DNA from: an uncultured Acidobacteriota bacterium
GTDB taxonomy: Bacteria > Acidobacteriota > Thermoanaerobaculia > Gp7-AA8
DNA length: 64,000 nt
NCBI GenBank assembly: GCA_963741955.1
Contig: CAVUKB010000007.1
Coordinates: 928,001-992,000 of the forward strand
Direction: 5' to 3'
Both the position numbers and the translations under genes were made by a program. Positions 58,718 to 64,000 of this stretch are shown piece by piece. The first letter of the stretch is position 1, and each line of letters begins with the position of its first letter. The notes beneath the pieces are model-generated. The model had not been told where the DNA came from. It saw nothing but the letters and a program-made list of their open reading frames with translations, and did no database searches.

Positions 58718-61284
58718 CCGTTCTGCTCCCCTTCGACCACGATGTCGATCTGGTGCTCCGCCGTGCAGAAGAGCCAGGTGGAAGGAATGGTGACCTTGTC
58801 CGTGAACGCGGGTGACGAGCAGGGTTGAAACGTCGTGCCCCCGTCGACGCTCCGGTAGACCCCGCGGGGCCCGGCTGCCAGGAGCCAGTGTCCGGAAGGA
58901 TCGACCGCGACGGCGTAGACCGGCTCGAAACGCGTCAACTCCTGAATGGGGAGATTCGAGGAGACCTCGCTCGTGCTCCATCGTGCATTCGGCACCGACG
59001 TGTCGAGTGTGGCGACGCCGGCGCGTTGTGTCGCGGCATGAACGACCGAGCCGTAAAAGGCGAGGGACTGGCAACTTCCTCCATCCCACCCCTCGGAGAA
59101 CGGGACCCACTCTCCGCCTCCCTCCGGCGTTTCCCAGATGCGCCAGCGATGACAGCCCTTCCCCACCGCGCCGGGCGCGGCAACGCCCGCCCAGAGAAAG
59201 GCGTTCGGTCCTTCACTCTGCGTGGCCAGGACCCGTATGTCTTCTCCACTCAGTCCGATCGGCCGGAACGTGCCGGGGCGTCCGTTCTCGTTGGAGAGGT
59301 AGATTCCTCCGGTGTTGCGCGCTGCGACTGCGACGCTCGTCGCCCCCAGAGCACCGACGGAGGCCGCGACGCTCCAGAACCCGAGGTCCTGATTCGCAGA
59401 GTCGACCAGCACCTGGACCGCCGTCGCTCCTTCCTGCATCGAGAGCTCGTACAGACCCTTGATCGTGGCGAGCAGAAGGACCGGAGATCCATCCCGGCGA
59501 GTCCATTCGATGTCGTCCACTCCGTGTGCGATGTTCACGCTCTCCCGCCAGGTCTCACCGCAGTCGGTGGAGATGCGCACCACGGACGATTTGCGATCCC
59601 GGGCGACGCTGATTGCGGTAACCAGCCCCGGCGCCGCCGGATGCGACTCGATCATCGAAGCGTTCTCGCCCGGAAAGCGGCCGGACGTCTCCCATCCTTC
59701 GCCGGAGTCGGTGGTGCGGAAGAAGGAGTCCCCTGCCGCGGCATAGAAGGTCCGCGGCTGGTATGCGTCCGTGGCGACGCTGTTGACGTCTCGCTCCGGA
59801 ACCCGATCCACGACCAGCCGGACGTCATCCGCATATCGCACGGCGGGATCCGCGAGGAGAAGGTCGTAGATGTGGCCGATGCGAAGCGGGTCGCCGAAAT
59901 GCCACCCGGTCACCCTCCGTGGTGACGGAAGAGGAGTCAGGGTCTGGTGCAGTCGATCGATGATCCTCTCATGAACGCGAGCCGGATCTTCACCGCGGCG
60001 AATCACCACGTGGGCTTCGACCCGAATCGGTTTACAGCGCGCCCATGCCGCAACGACCTTCGTCCCCAACGGGCGGCGTTCATCGAGTGCGTGCTGCGCA
60101 CGATGCAGAGCCTCGTCAGTCTGATACTCGGCGAGAACCGCTTCGGTGACGCCCGCGCGACGCGCCTCGATCGGAATGCTCGGGACCATGAGCACCTCCA
60201 CCGTTCCAGGGCGGGCGTGCCTCCAGAGGTCTGCGCTGGTCAGGGCGATGGCTCGCTCGATGGCCCCGGACGAATTGGCCGCCACCCGCTCGAAATCGCG
60301 CGCCGTGACCGCTCGCTCGAGTGAGTGCAGCTCCTGGGGGCCACGCAACATCGCGTTCTCGTCGGACTCTGCATCGCGTCCGCCGACCGCCGGAGCAGGA
60401 TTGGTCACCTTGACCAGCGGGATCGCGTCCTTCAACACGGTGAGGGAATTCGCGACCACGTTTCCCGCGGCACCGCCGCCGCGGCGGTACCACAGCCGGA
60501 TCTCGGCCCCGCTGTCCGGAATCGCTCCCAGGGTTCCCGCGGTCTCGGCCAGCGTGTTGTCGGGTCTGCGCGCATGCACGGCCGACGCGAACGTGATGGT
60601 TCCGGCGAGCCGGTCCGTGATGTAGACGTAGGGGTCGCCGCCGGTCTCGGCGAAACTGGGAACCTCTCTCCACACCCGATAGCGCTTCCCTTCGTATGCG
60701 CGGATCGACGCACGGTCCGGCGCTTCCGCATCCTCGATCTGCACGCCGACCACGAGGTCGAGGTCATCACCGGTCGGCGCCACGATCGGCGGACGTTTCG
60801 CGCGGACGCGCAGTCCAGGCAGGCCACTCCCGACTCCGGCCAGCTCCGCGTCGACGTGATCGCAGTGGTATGCGACGACGTCGCCGGCTGCCGTGCCGGG
60901 AGCCAGCTCGAGCGGCTCGGAGGTGGTGAAGACCGGCGCCGATGACGTCCCGCTGCGTGCCAGCGTGATCCGAGTTCCGCGCGGGATCGTCACTCCGCCG
61001 CCTTCCTTCTCCCGCGTGAATCGAAGCCGGACCATCGCTGCGGAAGGCGGCCGCAGCGTCACGCCGACGAGACGAAGAAACTCGATGTACGCGCTCGCCG
61101 GCAGCTGGTTCAGCCGATACAGCATCACCTCGGTCAGATAGGCGAAGACATCGACCAGCACCATTCCGGGGTCGCTCACGGACCTGTCGGTCCAGTCCGG
61201 CGCCAGCCGGTCGATGACCTTGTTCGCCTCGATGACGAGCTGGTCGAATGTTCGATCGTCGAGTTTCGGTGGCGAGAGCGGCAT
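58714..61284 (-). CDS. Baseplate J-like protein with C-terminal BNR beta-propeller (CIS)
   Basis: PKLDDRTF, WTD...SDPG, YRLNQ, YRRGGG..GNV, GG.DAES, RAVT..DFE; Asp-boxes in the C-terminal third. Confidence 0.88.
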   Translation of the reverse strand: MPLSPPKLDDRTFDQLVIEANKVIDRLAPDWTDRSVSDPGMVLVDVFAYLTEVMLYRLNQLPASAYIEFLRLVGVTLRPPSAAMVRLRFTREKEGGGVTIPRGTRITLARSGTSSAPVFTTSEPLELAPGTAAGDVVAYHCDHVDAELAGVGSGLPGLRVRAKRPPIVAPTGDDLDLVVGVQIEDAEAPDRASIRAYEGKRYRVWREVPSFAETGGDPYVYITDRLAGTITFASAVHARRPDNTLAETAGTLGAIPDSGAEIRLWYRRGGGAAGNVVANSLTVLKDAIPLVKVTNPAPAVGGRDAESDENAMLRGPQELHSLERAVTARDFERVAANSSGAIERAIALTSADLWRHARPGTVEVLMVPSIPIEARRAGVTEAVLAEYQTDEALHRAQHALDERRPLGTKVVAAWARCKPIRVEAHVVIRRGEDPARVHERIIDRLHQTLTPLPSPRRVTGWHFGDPLRIGHIYDLLLADPAVRYADDVRLVVDRVPERDVNSVATDAYQPRTFYAAAGDSFFRTTDSGEGWETSGRFPGENASMIESHPAAPGLVTAISVARDRKSSVVRISTDCGETWRESVNIAHGVDDIEWTRRDGSPVLLLATIKGLYELSMQEGATAVQVLVDSANQDLGFWSVAASVGALGATSVAVAARNTGGIYLSNENGRPGTFRPIGLSGEDIRVLATQSEGPNAFLWAGVAAPGAVGKGCHRWRIWETPEGGGEWVPFSEGWDGGSCQSLAFYGSVVHAATQRAGVATLDTSVPNARWSTSEVSSNLPIQELTRFEPVYAVAVDPSGHWLLAAGPRGVYRSVDGGTTFQPCSSPAFTDKVTIPSTWLFCTAEHQIDIVVEGEQNG

Positions 61285-61704
61285 TCAGGATTCCTCCCCC
61301 GTCAGTGACATCGAGATGGCGATCTCGTCGACCCGTCGTGTGGCGCGGACGCGGTATTCCAGGCGGATGTCGAGCCTGGCCGGTTCGAACGGGTTCCGGC
61401 CGGCGTCGATCTCCGTGATCTCCACCCGTGGCTCGAACCTTTCGATGGCCTGCCGCACGTAGTGAATCGCGAGCCCTGCAGTGGTGTCGTCGTTCGGCCA
61501 GAACATCAGCCGATTGAGGCTGCAGCCGTAGGCCGGACGCATCACCCGCTCGCCATTGCGGGTGGTGAGCAGCAGCAGAATCGCCTGCCGTACGGCCGCC
61601 TGATTCGAAGTCATCGTGACGCCACCGGTCGGAGAGACGTGAAGTCCGGGGCTCTCGTCGTCGAGGTCCGGATGCGAGAATTCGAGCGTGCGGTACATTC
61701 TCAT
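61285..61704 (-). CDS. gp25/GPW baseplate protein (CIS)
   Basis: VRQAI..LL.T..GERVMRP.YG..L, EPRV. Confidence 0.9.
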   Translation of the reverse strand: MRMYRTLEFSHPDLDDESPGLHVSPTGGVTMTSNQAAVRQAILLLLTTRNGERVMRPAYGCSLNRLMFWPNDDTTAGLAIHYVRQAIERFEPRVEITEIDAGRNPFEPARLDIRLEYRVRATRRVDEIAISMSLTGEES

Positions 61705-62045
61705 GCTGGTTGCTCCGAGACGAACGACTGCCCGGCCTGCCGCACTTCGTACCTCACGACGCCGGGAGGGGTCCCGTCCGTGAAGCCGGTAACCTCGTCG
61801 AGACAGATTCGCCGTCCCTCGATGAGCAGAAGCGGCGAGTATCCGGTGATGACAGTCAGAGTCATCGTGCACGGCTTGATGGTCGGAGCGGTATTCGGAC
61901 ACCCCGAGATCGAACGGTTCTCGGGATCGCGCTCGACCAGCACCTTGCGTAGCCCGATCGTGACCAGATCCTGTGTGGCCTCGATCTTCACGTGTCCCAG
62001 CTCGTGTGTGCAGACGATGGCGGCGTCTTCGGTCAGAAGGAGCAT
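61701..62045 (-). CDS. PAAR-like spike-tip protein (CIS)
   Basis: C.H..G, I.GCP.....KPC, located immediately after vgrG. Confidence 0.7.
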   Translation of the reverse strand: MLLLTEDAAIVCTHELGHVKIEATQDLVTIGLRKVLVERDPENRSISGCPNTAPTIKPCTMTLTVITGYSPLLLIEGRRICLDEVTGFTDGTPPGVVRYEVRQAGQSFVSEQPA

Positions 62046-62047
62046 GC

Positions 62048-63538
62048 TCAACTCCCCCTCTCGAAATTCACCAGGCTGCCGCGCACGGTGATGGTGTGTC
62101 CCGACGCGTCGAGCTCGAGATCTCCGCTGGCGTGGATGGTGAGCTTCTCGGGCGCCAGCTCGACGTAGCTTCCCCCTTCGTCCTGCATCCGGATCGACCG
62201 GGAGAGATCGTCGAACATCAGCTTCTGTCCGCCGGGAGTGAGAAGACTGCATCGCCTCACCCGGCCCCCTTCGATGCCCGAGTCGGGTGGGCCATCGGGA
62301 TACAGTCCTCCGATCACGAAGCCGATCCCGGGCTCACCTCGAGGGAACATCGCCACCACGCGATCCTCCACGTCCGGAAGGGAGATCCATCCCTTGGCCG
62401 TGCCGGCACCGGTGGTGAGCACCGGCAGCCACTCGGTCTCGAGATCACCGCACGTCGGAAGGGACAGCTTCACGCGTCCGCGGCGCTCCGGGTCCTCCAC
62501 GCTCGTGACCACGCCGATGACCGCAGTGGCGGCGCGAGCGGTCGTGCGCGCGCGCGGCATTTCGCTCGAGATCCGAGAGATGAAGCCGTGCGCACGGCTG
62601 ACGATGTGATCGACCGTGGTGACGACCGCGCGATGGCCGTCGCCGTCCGTCACTCCCTCCACCTCCACCGCCGCTCCCGGTGTGAGCTCTGGATCTCCGA
62701 CGCAGGTTGCCCAGAGCCCCACCTCGCCTGCGGCGCGTCGCGCGAGGTCGCCGTTCGCGAGAGCTGACGCCTGTGCCTCGTCCGACAGCAGCTCGTCGGT
62801 CAGTGTCCGTTCGGTCGCCGCAACGGTCGCGAGCTCCTGTGGTACGGTCCGCGCGCGCTCGACACGCGCGTCATGCACCTCGACGAGACAGGGGTCCCAA
62901 CCGATGACCGTCACGCTGTCACATACGGTCTCCGCATTGAGCTCCAGGCGGACCTCGCGAAGGTTCTCGCCGAGCGTGAGCGGTCGTACGTCGTCGCCGG
63001 CCTGAAGCGGGAAGAGGCGGAGCGTGTCTCGTTCCACGAAGAAGTAGAGAGCGGAGCGCTCGCAGACGTCGGTGAGAAAATCGAGATCGGTTTGCCGATT
63101 CTGGATCAATCGTGTGAACGAGGGACCGTCAGGTCCCCGCACATCGAGTCCAAGGGGAGCCACGAGCTCTCGCGCGAGCGAGCCGGCAGTGAACCGGACC
63201 TGCGCCGCTACCCGCTGGGTCTTGCGCAGCCGATGCAGCACGTCATACGCGCGGAGCCGTACCTTCCGTCCCTCCGCGCGAGTCCACGAGTGCTCGAGTG
63301 CCGTGACCTCTCCGGAGAAGAGGGGAGGACGATCGCCGATCGTGACCTCCAGGGCCGCGCCGATCGAAGGAGCCGGCCCCCTCTCGCCGAGGACCTCCGA
63401 GAATGTGATCTCACAGGCCGTGGCGAGGGAGAGACGCTGGCGCACGAGAATAGAGGTCAACGCGTTGGCCCATCCGGCCGGTACGGCCGAGCCATCGAGT
63501 GCGATGTGAACCGCGGGAAGTGTCGCAACTGCGGTCAT
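62048..63538 (-). CDS. VgrG-like / gpD-gpV spike protein (CIS)
   Basis: LFSGEVTALE, Q..QTD.DFL, DPE..GRVK...P, LP.V.D.V...F..G....G.VIG.LY. Confidence 0.88.
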   Translation of the reverse strand: MTAVATLPAVHIALDGSAVPAGWANALTSILVRQRLSLATACEITFSEVLGERGPAPSIGAALEVTIGDRPPLFSGEVTALEHSWTRAEGRKVRLRAYDVLHRLRKTQRVAAQVRFTAGSLARELVAPLGLDVRGPDGPSFTRLIQNRQTDLDFLTDVCERSALYFFVERDTLRLFPLQAGDDVRPLTLGENLREVRLELNAETVCDSVTVIGWDPCLVEVHDARVERARTVPQELATVAATERTLTDELLSDEAQASALANGDLARRAAGEVGLWATCVGDPELTPGAAVEVEGVTDGDGHRAVVTTVDHIVSRAHGFISRISSEMPRARTTARAATAVIGVVTSVEDPERRGRVKLSLPTCGDLETEWLPVLTTGAGTAKGWISLPDVEDRVVAMFPRGEPGIGFVIGGLYPDGPPDSGIEGGRVRRCSLLTPGGQKLMFDDLSRSIRMQDEGGSYVELAPEKLTIHASGDLELDASGHTITVRGSLVNFERGS

Positions 63539-64000
63539 GCTCTCTCCAGCTCGTCGCGTGGCGGCATCCGGAGCAACTCTCCTGGAGTCAACCGCAGTGG
63601 ATCCTCGACGCCGTTGAGTGCTGCGATCGCTTTCCACAGAGAGGCGTCTCCGTAATAGCGATAGGCGATCTCGTCGAGACGTGCGACGGCAGGCGATTCG
63701 GAGGTCTCTCGAGGAGACTCAGGCGCGATTTCGTGGACGTGCGTCTCCTCCGGGCTTCCTGCCAGGAGGGGAGTCGGCGGCTCTGCCGAATTGTCGTCCT
63801 CGACGCGCAGGAGTCTCATCCGCAGCCACGAGCGCCCCGGTGCACCTTCGCCGTCGAACGACTCCAGCCGCTCTGCAATCGCGGCGATGACCGCACGCAC
63901 ATTCCACGTCTTTCCCCACACCAGGCGGACGAAGCGCGCGTTGCTCGCTCTCGAGTCGCCGTACGCTTCGCTCAGTCGCCAGAGCGGCCGGGTCAGTGTG
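63535..64000 (-). CDS. LysM-containing CIS tube-initiator-like protein (partial, runs off window)
   Basis: VWGK.W, G.P.R, RLD.IAY.YYGD...W..IA..N...DP..L.PG..L..P. Confidence 0.8.
   Translation of the reverse strand, partial: TLTRPLWRLSEAYGDSRASNARFVRLVWGKTWNVRAVIAAIAERLESFDGEGAPGRSWLRMRLLRVEDDNSAEPPTPLLAGSPEETHVHEIAPESPRETSESPAVARLDEIAYRYYGDASLWKAIAALNGVEDPLRLTPGELLRMPPRDELERA

Noticed and set aside
58196-64000. Prophage or T6SS
   Set aside because: No capsid, terminase, integrase or TssJLM/ClpV genes are visible, and the gene order fits a CIS; the upstream part is outside the window.

Overview
High-GC bacterial window; the gene content suggests Acidobacteriota, which is inference only. 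From left to right it holds: a partial class C acid phosphatase, an unusually long glmS, an aldo/keto reductase and an MBL hydrolase; a QrcABCD-like respiratory operon flanked by two lipoyl-lysine-less GcvH-like genes and a small membrane protein, all three sharing a G-x-T-x(1-2)-ADGG motif; a REP-flanked IS200-like (RAYT) transposase; and a convergent sensor kinase (heme-c motifs) / archaemetzincin / sigma54-regulator operon. Next is tRNA-fMet, followed by a 132-bp array of tRNA 3' halves with an embedded GIY-YIG nuclease whose stop codon lies in the copied anticodon loop. This is followed by an accessory island (nucleotidyltransferase plus TIM-barrel pair, NYN protein, several toxin-antitoxin pairs, a MITE, gene remnants), then deaD, an IS1182 element, pyk, an OmpA protein, an amidohydrolase, a KaiC-like/kinase cluster, collagen-like and other large surface proteins, and the distal half of a contractile injection system (CIS) ending in paralogous membrane-anchored proteins. 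The best candidates for undescribed biology are the tRNA-half/GIY-YIG array, the ADGG-motif GcvH-like/Qrc/protease module, the NTase-TIM barrel pair and the possibly membrane-tethered CIS. All calls were made by eye from motifs; no searches were run.
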